Assembly (NCBI GenBank): GCA_002633005.1
Contig: NMRA01000280.1
Coordinates: 140,080 to 204,079, forward strand
Reading direction: 5' to 3'
DNA length: 64,000 bases
From: Phoronis australis
Lineage: Eukaryota > Animalia > Phoronida
The notes under the pieces were generated by a model. That model saw nothing but the letters and a program-made list of their open reading frames with translations, did no database searches and was not told where the DNA came from. A program made the translations under genes and the position numbers. Below are positions 33,466 through 47,400 of the stretch, in pieces. Positions within the stretch are counted from its first letter, which is position 1, and every line of letters starts with the position of its first letter.

Positions 33466-35130
33466 TATGTATTGTAAGGTTTGCCACTACATCCTATGGG
33501 CCTAATTCTATTTACCACCAGGGGGTAGCTTTATGGAACAAGTTCCATGAATGTGTAAGATGTTGCAAGATCTCAATACCTTTATAAATGAGTAAAGTTG
33601 TCATATGTATGATATATGCCAAGCTTGCGAATGCCAACGCTCGGGTCTTTTGATGCTTGATAAGTCACGTATGCTTGTATACTTTCTGTACATAGCCTTT
33701 CTACCTCATTTGTACATACTAATTTCTCATTTTATGTCGGTCACTAGCACTTGTGCTACTGTTTTGTTGCTAACCTGTTCTGTATGGATGTAAAATAAAC
33801 AATTTACTTACTACTTCCTTTATTAGGACCAGCTATAGAGACAGTGGTCAATGTCTTGTTAGTCGTGTGATACAACAGTATTAATATGAATTTACACGGA
33901 TCTGATAAAATCTTAATGAAATAAATAATCTTATTCAAAATTAATGAAAGTGAGAATTACATTCTTTTTAAGTACACTGAATTAGTTACAGGGTGCTCCA
34001 CTTCTCAAAATTAATTAAAAAAGGCGGAACAGTCTTTGGACTGTGCAGGGAGCATGCACTTAAATAAAGATGGTTTTGATTTTGATTGTAACCAAGTCGC
34101 AAGAATCGGAAATTGTTCAGCTGAAAAGTATGTCAACGCCAGTTTAGTGTACACATCTTGAAACATAGACAAATATCTCTAATAACGTGAATTTGGTAGG
34201 TAGTCTCTTTTTCAGTTTTCAATAACCAATGTTTACTTGGTTTTGAAGTTTCAGTCCGGCTAGGTGGTGTCACGTAAAACTGTTCGAGTGACCTATTTTG
34301 TCCACAAATGCATTTACCTAATTATTGCTCTGTCTACGAATATTTCCCGTGCTGCATACGCTAAATGTTCTCACATTTGTGAACAAAAATTTTTAGAATA
34401 AAAAGTATTGGAACATTTCCTAAGGAGACGATTGGAACAATTTACCCTGCCTTAGAAATAGGTGACAAATGTTGTTAACGTGGTGTCAATTTGTTCTGTG
34501 TCTGTTCTATTCACACACATACGTGCCTAATCCTCGTTCTGTGTCAGTTGTTTCGTGTCAACTAGTGCTACATAAATGCTGCATGAATCTTTGAGTTTGA
34601 CTTGTTAATCTATAATTTCCCGTGCTGTCCTCATCTTTATAAGTTTTCATTCTGCTGAATTAAAGCAGCCATAAGCCTGCCTTCCATCACAAAACCAGTT
34701 TTTATTTTTAACGTAACGAAATTGTGAAGTTGGAGGCTATTTCACTGCTTTGAAAGAACTACTTAGTTGTTGGTTATTGCTTGAGCCCTGACCTTTCAAG
34801 TTGACTTGTCACGACTTGTCATTTTATCCACAAAGTATGGTATGAAGGAACAATGAAACTGTCAGTTCTTTGCAAACCCAGAATTCACTTCTCATCCGAT
34901 TAAGAAGCAAATTGAGACTAATTTTAGACCTCTTAGTGGAGTAAATCGAAGGTGGATCACGGGTTAATGAACAATGCAAACTTTAACAGACACCTTTCTA
35001 AAATAGTGAATTAGGTCTCCTGAAACTTTTCGTGTTTTAGCATTTTTCTTTAAGTCACGTTCTTTCAATGTAGGTCAAACATCGAATTGTGAGCAATTTC
35101 CCGCTGAACACACATGGGCGTGCATGCGCA

Positions 35131-35133
<3 letters not shown>

Positions 35134-35179
<46 letters not shown>
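35134..35179. repeat. (CA)n microsatellite
   Basis: Read directly from the sequence. Confidence 0.97.
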
Positions 35180-35182
<3 letters not shown>

Positions 35183-35253
35183 TTATGTTACTTTCTCAAT
35201 TTCCCAGGTATTTGGAGCAAACTGAAGTAATTAATATATATTTTTCCACAGTC

Positions 35254-35462
35254 ATGTTTCCCCTGTTGGCTCAAGTTCTTGATGACAGGGACTTGTCCAA
35301 GGCCGGGGATCTCTTTGCTGTGAGTGACAAGTGCATTCAGGATGACCTGTCTGAGGCTATTAAGAAAATTGAGGAGATAGCTACCTCCCCCGACTACTTG
35401 GCGAATGACAACGACCAAAGTGTTGTGGAAATTTGTATTACACGAGTGACCTCTGCTATTAG
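35254..35462 (+). CDS. VEPH1: VEPH1 coding exon 1
   Basis: Acceptor ends at 35251, ATG at 35254, AG|gtaagg donor. Confidence 0.94.
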
Positions 35463-38400
35463 GTAAGGTACAATGTTTTGCTTGGCTTGTTCTAAAATTT
35501 TCAATAAGGGCTGCTGTTATTCAGTGTTGAGCTGGTGTTTACTCTTAAACTTTTTTGAAAATTTGTTATATGGTCAGCTATAGGTTATTGCTCCATGAAA
35601 CTCGGAGATGGCTACCACAATTAACTCTTATATTTTACTCTGGAATTCTTAATCATGTATTATAGTGGTATTAATCCCATGCTTTCTGTCAAAATCCAAG
35701 TTCTGATTTCAGCCGCTTGCCATTATAAAAGTGGGCTTGAATTGGATTTACTCAGATGGGGAGTGATTTCATGGCTATGGAAGAACTCATTGTTTGTTAT
35801 TTCTTATATGAAGCTTGTAAAAAATTTTGACCTCGGTCTGAATAAATAACGAACTATTAGTTCGTACTGAGTAAGGAACAAGACAAGACAAACTTTATAA
35901 TCATGTTTAGTGGCATAAATCAGAACTTCATCTTTAACAGAGAGTATGGGTTCTTTGCCACATTAAGTTAAGTGCTTATCTCACTTAAAGACATATTTTA
36001 TTTCAATGTGACCACTTATGGTTGTGTTCACAGAGAGACTGAAACCATAGAGGCTCATTTACCTGCTTTGGTCTCCCTCTTGAAATCGTGTCTCAAGTAC
36101 GAGTTGAAGCCTTCGGAGCGGGGAGAGGACCCACCTCATGCTAAGATAGCTTCAGATGTGATGAGCTCTGTCTTTCTGGTAGGTAATGCTTATGATAAAA
36201 TTTCACCAATATTTCTGGTAGGTAGTGCTTATGATGAAATTTCACCAATATTTCTGGTAGGTAGTGCTTATGATAAAATTTCACCAATATTTCTGGTAGG
36301 TAATGCTTATGATAAAATTTCACCAATATTTCTGGTAGGTAGTGCTTATGATAAAATTTCACCAATATTTCTGGTAGGTAATGCTTATGATAAAATTTCA
36401 CCAATATTTCTGGTAGGTAGTGCATATGATGAAATTTCACCAATATTTCTGGTAGGTAGTGCTTATGATGAAATTTCACCAATATTTCTGGTATATAGTG
36501 CTTATGATGAAATTTCACCAATTTCGGACTCAATATGGCGGACTAGTGAAATTTGGTACAATCAAATAAATGCCTTATCATTTGTAAGTTTGATACATTG
36601 CTACCATCAGACCAGTTTTTAAGAATTTGTAAACATGCCCAACAATTTTAGAAACCTTCAAGAAATGAAATATTGGTTTTTCACAATTTTTTGTATAACA
36701 TTGGAGAGACTTTATCATAACTTGAGGTGTGTTTGTTTAAAGTACAGTTTTTTATTATAATCATATTGGATAAGGATTTATTTTATAAGGTTAGTGGGCC
36801 ACTGGAATTATATGCAGAAAATGGCATATTTTTTACATTTGTAGTACCCTGCTGTCCCTGGAGGGATTTTCCTGAAGTTTCGTGTGTGGATAGATTTCCG
36901 CAAATATCTGACTGCATTATGGAACCCATTACTCTCTCCAACTTACGGTGAAATCTCACCAATTTCAGACAAAAATAATTTGTCAAAATTTTATGTTTTT
37001 GATTTTTTTGTTAACTATCATTGTTAATGCCCACCTTTTCTCAAAATAATGTCTTTGGTACTGAACTTGGATATGGCGAAGCATCGGTTTAATGCTTTAT
37101 ATAACTTATGAAAAAATTAGAAAATTAAAGTGCATCCATCTGCCATATTGTGTCCTGATTTGTGAGGTTTTACTGTACCCTTTTCAAGGTATTCTAGATT
37201 TACTTGTCAGATGACTTTTTTGTTGACTAATTGCTCGCTGCACTTCTTTTGGTCTATCATACTCGTGCTTTTGTCTGATTGTCCTAATATTCACTCTCAA
37301 CACGTGCCTCATTAATAGCTGAAGGCCGTATGCTTTAGCTGAAATTGAATGTAAGATGATGCTATGGTGGCCATTTGTCGGTTTTTGTTTTGGGAAGCCA
37401 TAGCTTCGCTGTTCGTGGAAGGAGTTTTCTGAAATTTGGTGTGTGCTACCTATTGTGGCATTCCTCTGTGATATCATGTTCTCAGGTTATTTGAGATTTT
37501 CCGGTGATCCATCTTTGATTGATTTCTTGAACTGTTTGACGGATCTTACGATGCTGAAATTTGGTACATGAATAGATCTTACCAAGTGCAATCTGCATTA
37601 TGCCATCTGTTTCTCGCTTCAACTTACTGTTCTCAAGATATGAGTCATTTACTGGTCAGGTGACTTTTTATTGACTAATTCCTCGTTGCACATTTGTTTG
37701 TCTATCTTTCTCATGCTAGAGGACTGGTTTTAGGTCTGATTGTCATGGAAATTACAAACATCATGTATCTTGTGAATAGCTCAAGACCAACAGTTTTGTT
37801 GTACTTTCTTTTGTTGTTGATCTCTTTTTGAAGTTTTTTATTTGATTTTGCCAAGTGTCCATCATCAGAGCACTTTCATTTTGACCTTGACCTTTCTAAC
37901 ATACTAAGAAGTAGGGTTGTCACAAAAGCAGACTTTAGGTTACACTGTCTCCCGTCATTTCCAGCAAATGTGGAGGCTCTGTGTTTTGTGGTCACTGTCT
38001 TGACGCAGTTGTAGTTTATCCTCTCGTCTGTATTGAGACTACTGGGATCTGACATATTGTATGTTAGTCACACTGAATAGGCAACCTGGCTACTAATTAC
38101 TAGTTAATAAATATTTTTGTAAAAAGGAATAGAAGAGAAAACAGTTGAAGCATTTGAGTCTGTTTGCACTTTTAAATCTTTCATTTTGTAAATATCTTGT
38201 AAACCATGAATATGTTACCCTTCAAAACAGAATTAAAGCTTGGTACGTTCTTATATAAGATGTTAGTATGTGGTTGTACAAAATGACTCGATTTAGATCT
38301 CCAGCTGGGCAGTTTGAAAGTATTTAGTTTTCATCAGTCAGAGGCCAATCCCTATGCACCTTGCAACTGATTGAAATCAACTGAAAGCCTTTGAATTAAT

Positions 38401-41400
38401 TATTTTCCTTGATACCTCTTAAGATTAGTGCTGTTGTCATTAAAGTTAGTTATGTAATTCTGTCAAACTCTTTTCCATTTTCTTTTCAAACAAGTGTTTT
38501 CATTCACAATATAGTCTTACTCCTGCTTGTGCTTTGATTAAATTCTCTATGCCATCTCATAAAGTGTGCTGTGATGAATTTATGGAATTTATGCCAGAGG
38601 CCTGTTTTTCATGTATGGCCTCTTAAAATTCAATTAAAACTTGCTTTTATTGGGTGTCTTCTAGTTCTAACTGCATACTTAAACATTATCTAACATTTCC
38701 TCAATATGCCAGCCGTAAGACCACAGTTAAGGTACTAGTAGTAGGATACCTTTGTGATTCTATTGTCAGAAAGGAAGATGTCAACATTCCTTGAAAAAAT
38801 GGATGTTTAGATTTTTGACATCTGAGCTGTCAGGCTAAAAGGCCTTCCCATGCATACTTTTGTACGTAATAGAATTATTAAAAAAAAAGAATTTGCCAGT
38901 TTCATGTGTAAAATTTGTGTTTGTGAAAAATTTCCTGATCTCCCTAAAAATCATGTTTTTTTTTTGAAAAAATACAGTCATGTGTTTATAAACATCTGGA
39001 GATAGCTTTTCGACACATGATAAGTGTTGCGTTTCTTGTTCTTTGGTTGCAAATCCGGCTTAAGCTCACCATAAAAACATGTCAGTTCATCAGACTAATC
39101 CTAAACTCAAACTTAGGTGCAGCCTAAAATGTCTAGCCAACTGCCTCCATCTCCCAATACCTCGACATTTGAATAAATTGTCTGCTATTTTTTGCCTTTT
39201 TCCTGTGATTTAGAAAGCCAAAATGGGTCGGCATAAATGGGGGAGTCGACACAGATGTGAGAAACAATTGCCACATACGAGTTGCTCTGTGCGTATGTTG
39301 TTCCTGCTGTTTGATTTTTGCCGCTGATGGAGCTCACGTTTTGAAACTGTTTATTGTCTTGAATTGATTGCATTGATGCTGCCAAGATGTTTTAGAATTA
39401 AATTTACATGTATTACTGTTCAAACTAGACTTTAAGTAATTATGTTCGATAAACCATGCTATTATGCAAAGCAGGATTGTTGAGTTCAGAAATGATTAGT
39501 GACTAATATCAAGTTAGGATTGTGATAAACAATGTGAACTGATTTTGAAAATATAAACTGACCTGGTTGATATTTAGATAACTTTGTTTTTTTTTACATA
39601 ACTGCAGTCTTTTATCTGCCTTGCCCTTTATCGTAATCTGTTAACAATGTCAAGTTTTTAAGCTGTGTCATATTTTGGTAGTAGTAATTTAAAAATGTCC
39701 TGTATTTTGAGAACCAGTTTTCTGCACTTAACAGCAGCCATCAAACTGGTTCTTAAAATAAAGGACCTTAATGTAAATGATGATTGCCTATATTTTTACA
39801 AGAGTTTTATGGAGATGTCAAATTAACTTCTCTTGTTGTAATTTTATCGATCTGGAATTATTATTAAGTATCAACTGTTATGAATTCTGTGTAGTGTGTT
39901 CTAAATGTTTCACTTAAAAGATTTGTTTGAATAACAATTTGCTACTAAGGATTCATTTTAAAGAGTACCATTTTAGATTCTGTTTTGTCTCAAGTGAAAT
40001 TAAGCTGAGACAGTAGTTTGGGGCAAATGTTAGAGCCTAAATATGTAGCTCGTCTAATCTACCGCTTTCCCACTGCTCTCATATGCTAGTCTGAACCCTG
40101 GTGTATATTTCATTAACTAACAAGAACTGCGAAATGCTCACACCATAGTTTCCATTATTTGGATTATTTAAGCTACAAGCCTGTGCCGTCTGTCAAAAAA
40201 CAAATTTTTATTTAGGCCACTTTGCCAGTATAGAATCGGTCTCATGTCGTTTACTCAGGTTAAAAGTAATTTCTAGGCTAGCGAAGAACTGAGAATTTGT
40301 TATTGATCGAGACCATGCACATTGTATTGGTTTGTCACAGCCGGTTAGTTTCAAACTAACCCACCGAAGCAGTGTGACCCTCAGGCGAATTGCAGGTGAA
40401 GCTACTAATTTCAATTTAAACAGAAGATAAGAGCATGATGATGTTGCGTTGGAATCGCAAAAATAAATTTGGAGACAGTTTATTTACTCCAGTAGTGTAA
40501 CCCACTGTTACTGGTATCAAAACCAAGGACAATGTCATCTTACAACTAATTACGTTTTATTCTTCAGAACTACTCCAAAAAGAGGGTGATGGAATTGACC
40601 GTGTCAGTGGCTGTACAGTTCCTTAATTCAGGAAACAAAGACTTGTGCCGCAATGTGTCCAGCTATCTGTCGCTGGCCGCCATTGACAACTCACATCTGT
40701 TAGCCAAGGAGGTCGAACCGGTTGTTCGAAGCATAATAAGTGGTAAAAATATTTTGTAGCGAGTAGTCTTTATCCAGTGAAATTGTTATGAATCAGATAT
40801 TCGCTTAGCGTAAATTTTCGCTTATTTTGACTAAAATATTTACAAGAATTGCCTTTTTCACTTCTCAAAACTTCATTACATGTTATGAATGCCTACGATA
40901 TTTCAGAATACTGCTAGATGGTGGGTATTAGTGGAAATTGTTTAATGAAACAATTAGAAAATTAAATTTCAGTTGTGCTCCATAGCGTGTCCTAAATTGG
41001 TGAGATATAATTTTTCTAGTTGTATATTATTTGTTGTAGTAAGGGTTCTGCTATACAGTTTTAGTTTGTCAGAAATCTTCAATCTCGGTTTACTAAAATT
41101 GTGTTCGTTCCTGGTGTTTCATTTTTAGTACTAGGTATAAAACTCTCAACACGTTTTAACATTGCTGTTTATTATTCGTTCTTTGTTTGATTTTTAACTA
41201 TACATGTATTTCCAGGTAACAAATCTCTCATCAGAATACTACCACAAATTTACCCAGAAAACCAGGAACCTATCAGAGGCCAGATAACTGCCTTGATAAA
41301 TCTGCTGCCCAGCCTAGACCAATCAGAAACAACCAGTTTGTTACAACTTCTGTTGCTCATTGTTCAGGACAAACCAAAGGTATACTATTTTGCTAATTTT

Positions 41401-44400
41401 TGTTTCTTTTAACTCGTCAACCACATCATGCGGTTCACATGTATTTGTGCTCCCACTACTTAGAAGACTTGCAACACTTTGTGCAGATTTTAATTAAAGC
41501 ATCTATTCTATAAACCCACCTTTCATCACAAAAACCAACTTTTCATTTAGGCCACTTACCGTTATGAAATAGTGTCGGTTTGTTTGTTAGTAAAACTGGT
41601 GATGATTTCTGGGCTTCAAACGACAGTTGGTTATTGCTTGATATCAATCTCTACAAGTTAGTTTCTCTTGGCCTCTCTACAAGTTAGTTTGTTTTGGCCT
41701 GTCCTTTTGTTCACCGTGGGTGGTGTCAACGAATATTTCTGTTTTATGCAACTTGGTTTTTTTCATGAAAACCATAAAAGTCCTGTTTTGATACTCCTTC
41801 ATGCAGATGCAAAATGGATCATTTCAAAAACAGTTTATCCCTGACAGCAGTTTTGAGGACAGCCCATAAAGCATAGCATCCAAAGTTTCTTGTGAATCTG
41901 ATCAGCCATGTCTGAGATATGTTATTCCAAAGTTAGCCAAATTTGGACATTTTTCTAGGTTCCTACATATACCTTTAAAACAACCTGTTTCTTTGTTAGT
42001 ATAATATGTACTGGAGACCTGTGCAGTTTGATCAGATTTATTGCTGTTCATTTCCAGCTTCTGCACCCACACGTAGACAAGCTGACTGCAGATGCGGTGA
42101 TGTCAAGCTGTACCTCAACTACCGTAGTTCTACAGATATTCACCATCATGGCCAAGGAAAGCCCCAGCCTCTTCATAGACTATACGACCACCTTGCAAGA
42201 TTCAGTAAAAAAGCATAATTTGCTGCCTACCTCACTCGCCCCCATCTTGTCTGCTGTGGGAAGACTTAGTGTTGTGAGCAATTTAAAGTATCACAAACTT
42301 AGAGCTGTAAGATTGGATAATTTTTAGGAAAAGCATGAAATTGTTTTTGCTCTGGATTGTGCCTATAAATTATATGTGTTCTGATAATAGTGAAACATGT
42401 GAATGACTTTCTACAAGATACGTCTGTAATGACAGTTTGAAAGTAAACTTGAAGTGAAATGGGAAAAATATGAGCATTTGCTGAAAGTATTTGTGAACCA
42501 TCTATTGGAAAATGCTGCTTGCAGAAATACCAGCAGATTGCACCACTTTTTTGTGTATCATTCTCCTGAAATTAATCTCTCACTAACTGGGTTGTACATG
42601 TAAATTACCTTGTAATCTCGATATCTATGTACTAGTTATTTTCATAGCACAATCTGCAACCAAAGTACAATTCATTAAAAAACCGTTTCCTTTTGTACAT
42701 GTCAGGCACAAGGCAAATCGTGCGTCAAGTTTCTCGTCTCCCAGCTATCTGTTGTTGACAGTCCCCACACAGTGGCAGCATTGCTACAGGAAGTCAAGAG
42801 TGTAGCCGAGTGCCACAAGGAGGCTCTGGACGGGCAGATGGATGAAATCAGCAAACATTCCGACAGTAGCATGGCAGATGCACGTCTGCTGGTACAAAAG
42901 ATTAAGGAGATATTTGCCCGCAGGTGATTAAACTGCAATTTAAGGAATTTTTTCAGCAACTAGATAAGATTGACATAGTTTAAACTGTCATGCCTTCATT
43001 AGCGCGTAGCGTAAATATCAATAACAAAAGTGATAAAATCAAGCAGTTTTAAGAATTGTGAAAGGATAATATTGCAATCGTTCCCTTCCAACTATGTCTG
43101 AAGTGAATTGGAACAAAACTGTGTTAGGGTGCACGGCTACTAGAAACCATTGGAAATCATGGTCTATTAGTGCTACTCTGTCTGTCATAATGATTGTGTG
43201 TTGTAGTATTGATAGTTAGAATGTGTTACAATTACACTGCATGCACATGTACTAATATACTGATGTTAGGTGTGAATTTCCTTTACATTAAACAATTTGT
43301 GTAGACATATTGCGGCAGCAGTCACGTAAGGGGTCCCATAGTGTGAGAAGTATTTTCTCCACTAAATAATGGGCATTACACTGGCCATTATTTCAAATTG
43401 TTAATTGTGTGAACTGTTTTTATTTTGTTTTGCCAGTAGTCAGAAGGAGTTGAGGAGCACATCCTGTCAGACAGAGGGCACTGTGACCGTGATCACCGTT
43501 GGTAACCCACCACCAACAACACAGTCCAGCATCACTGTCAGTGCAATACCATTGAACAGCCGTACGGTTAACGGAGGCCATGACGCCGCAGGAGCTGTCC
43601 GTTCAAAAATAGAGCGGCCCCATAGTGCAATGACAGTCAGCAGTACGCACTCGACGCGGACTGCTTACAGTGTTGTGACAAACAACAGTGTGGGGTCACA
43701 GGGTCGCGACGCTGTACAGCAGTTCTGCGAGAAACACCATGACAAGATCAAGAAGTACATCCAACATGTGTCAGCCAGACTGCCACTGCCATTCACTTGT
43801 AGCATATCAGGTAGTGAATGTGTTACTCACTGCAGGGTTCTCTGTGACAAGACTCGGTGGCTTGAAATGCTGTGACATTTTGTGACATTTTGAGAATTCT
43901 GTGACAACGTGAAAAATTTACTTAGCTAAGTGTTTTGTCAGGTTCACTTATGTCCTTTACGCTGCGTTAATTCGTGGTTCCTTTTTCTTAAATCATAAAA
44001 TAGTTTATTTTGTCTTTATCACTAACAAATATTGCGTCTTTCATGTATGACAAAGCAAAGTTGTTAGTGTCTTATACATATAAATAGCACCAAAAAAGCA
44101 GTGACAATTGAGCCTGTCACATCTGCGCTCTATTACTGGATTCTTATTATTATCAGGTAAATGTTACCAGGAAGGGACTACTGTTTTGGTGCATTTTAAC
44201 AGTCACGTTTTCAAATGTGATTTAAAAAGGAACTGTTCAAGTTGTCAACAATCCAAGCATAGTGACTCTTGTTGAAATCATCACCTACAATTTTAGGTAC
44301 TCGTAAACCTTGTACTGTAAGAAGTATGCATTTTATATTAAGAACCTGAATGGGTTGATACTCAATTAAAGGTCCTTTACCTTGTTGCAAGCTTTATTTC

Positions 44401-47400
44401 AGAAGTCATTCTCTGAAGAAACATGACACTTCTGTTGTCCATTATAGCCCACATAGTAAACTTCAAATGAGAATGAATCGAGTTAGCGACAGTGAATCTT
44501 TCCATTGAAGCAGCAATAGATGAACTCATTTGGTCCGTGATTTCATGACGTGTATCAAGGGACAAGGAATGTTAACTCTCCATACTAAATGGACAAAACG
44601 AAATGTTCCATCCAAAAGCATGAACCATGGAACATGATGTTACTGGGGAGATAAAAGGTCGAATGGGCAAAAGTTACTTACAGTTGTCGTAGATTTTGAG
44701 AAACAGTCATGTTCAGTGGAGAAAACTGGTTCTCAAAATTTAGGACCCTCTAAGTGACTATTGCTGTGTTTCATTGTTTTCTTCATGGCTTGATAGAAAT
44801 AGTGAATTTCAAATAGATCAATCAACGATCCAGAACTCATTCAGTCACAAGTCTATCCCATGGATTTTTTTTCTCCTATTTAATCCTAACTAGACGTTTG
44901 GCGTCTATTTTCAGAACACAAGCGCAAGTGCTACTTAAAAGTACACTTCAAGTGTCAGGCTGACAACTCAAGTTGTCTGTATAGGACGTGTTACTTCACC
45001 ATCAAGTCTAAACAGCCCAAGATATGGCTTCACCTCATGTTCCTGCGAGTACAGGTCTGTTGCCTTGTTTTTTGACTGGTTTCCTATGAATTAGTGGTCT
45101 GTGGACTGCCTGCTGTGTTTTCATTGTTAGCTTACCGCTTTAAGCTTATCGAATGATTGAATGCGACTTGTATGGCTCAATATGAAAACATGTAAACAAA
45201 AACTACACTGTATGCTCTATAAGTAATGGGACCAAATGAAAGTGTTTGGAGGTCTGAGTGCACTTGGTAAAGTTGACTGAAGAAGTGAGATCGGTAAATA
45301 AGACCATGGCACAACAGAGGTCAACTAACATAGCTCTTATTTCCTTAAATTCAAAAGTACACTTCAAAGGGTTGCAGGCCTGTTGTTCAGTAAAGCAAAA
45401 AATGAAAAATTAATGATAACTGCAGTGCTATTTTATACCCAATTTCAACCATAAACAATTCATAGTTTTTGAGCTTTTGACCATGGCTCTATAGACAACC
45501 ATGGCTCTATGGATGACCATGGCTCTATGGACGACCATGTAGCCACCACTGAGGACTTTGTGACCCAACTCAATGACGATGTCGTCTCCAGCGATGAGAT
45601 GGCTGAAAACAAAGTTACCGATATATAGCTTTTGCCATTTGGTATCATTCTGGATTACATGTAGATGTGCAGAATGGTGAAATGGAAAGTGAAGCGTACG
45701 GTATTTACGATTTGTTTCGAAGGTGTGCCTTAATTTACAAAAAACATCAGTTAGTTTCAGATATTAGATGTGGCTTAAAACAAAGTAATCTAAGCTATCA
45801 TAATGTAAAAGCACACCATGCAGTCAAACCGCATTTATACAACAATTTCAATCTATGCATGACATTCACTAGTTAGTCTTTCATTCCACAAGTCCCATGC
45901 CAACTGTAGTGTGTACAATTCACTTTTTAGTTGCAGTGAACTTTAATTACATTAATTCACTAATGTTTTAGAAAGGTCCAGGGAGGGACCTTTGCAAGTC
46001 GAATTGCCTGTATCTTTTACTGGAAAGATAACCTTGAGCATGTCAAGTGGCAATTTCTTTGAATTTTGTCATAATTTTCCTTTTTTTCTTTCAGGCAAAT
46101 GCTGATGTGGCCTTGGGTCAGACAGACAATACAGTTTGTTTCCTCAAGAGTTGTCTGGAACTGCTGAGAATGGATGGAGGCTTCAGTCGTCTAGTCACAT
46201 CATCCTTTCCTTCAACAAAGGTATTGATTAAGCTTATGGAGAATGTTCATACTGTGTCTAGTGGTGCAATAATTTACCAACAGTGGTGTTCCTTTTTGTC
46301 AAAGCAACAATAAAGCCGTGTCTTCTGTCTCTAACCCACTTTTGATGTAGGTCACTCTCTGTTATAAAATCAGTCTCATCTTTTTCCTCACACAGATTAT
46401 GGTAAAATTGTAATCAATTTAGAACACAATATGACCAACAGACATGAGTGAAATGTAATTTTTTCACTTTTTCATAAAACACGACTAGCATGAAACAAAT
46501 GCTATAACATTTGTAAATATCTATACCATAGCTACTATCAGACAACAAGAGAAATTGTGCGCATTCATAACTATGTTAGACACCTTTGAAATATGAAAAA
46601 GACCAATTTTGGCAATTATTTTTGTCCTAAATGGGTGAGATTTCAACATAGGAATAATTTTCAGGCTGACAAAGAGCTGACAGGTCGTTATTGCTTCTGG
46701 TCAGGCCATTAAGTTGCTTGCCACAGCAGGATAGCTGAAGTTTTTAATGCAGTATGACGGTCAGATGAATTCGAGGCGATTTCTGTAACCAATTTCAAAT
46801 TGAGGAATGAATGAGAAGGCAATGACATTGCTGTGTTAGAGCAAATATGCCTGTTAAGAAAGTTTTTTAACACTGTAACACTGTCTACAGCGGCTTAAAG
46901 ACATTAGCAATTTGCTTAAGGAACAAAGGTTTCGATTTGTCCAGTTGTTTTTTCATGTATTAAGTTGGAAATATGTTCTCATGGTAGAGCTTGTTAAAAG
47001 AATACGACGTTATCTCAAGTAGTGAGAAGAGTTCAACTGTCAAGATATTAAATGTCCTTGAAATGAGGTTGCACCATCTTTTTAAGTCCCATATTGTGCT
47101 ATCTTGGTCAAGCTAAAATTTGAAATTAAGTCAACTTAGCAAGTATGAATCTTCTTCTTAAAGCAACCGATAAATCCTATTCGGTCCATGGTTTCATCAT
47201 GTGAATAGGAACCCTAACTCACTGTATTAAAAAAACAAAAAATGAAGGGTTCCACCCCAAAACATGGACGAAAACAATCATGGTTTTCAAAGATGGTGCT
47301 ATAAGATAGCCAGGGTAGAATAAATGATTGGCTCTCTACAAGGCATTTGCATAATGAGTGCACTTTCTGTTGAATATCTTCCCGAAATTTCTGCACCACA

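Noticed and set aside
36173-36523. Regular repeat array as a possible CRISPR
   Set aside because: Units are head-to-tail with no unique spacers, there are no cas genes, and the context is a eukaryotic intron.
36141-36533. 130-aa minus-strand repetitive ORF ([13 protein letters not shown])n
   Set aside because: Antisense reading of the stop-free 39-bp minisatellite.
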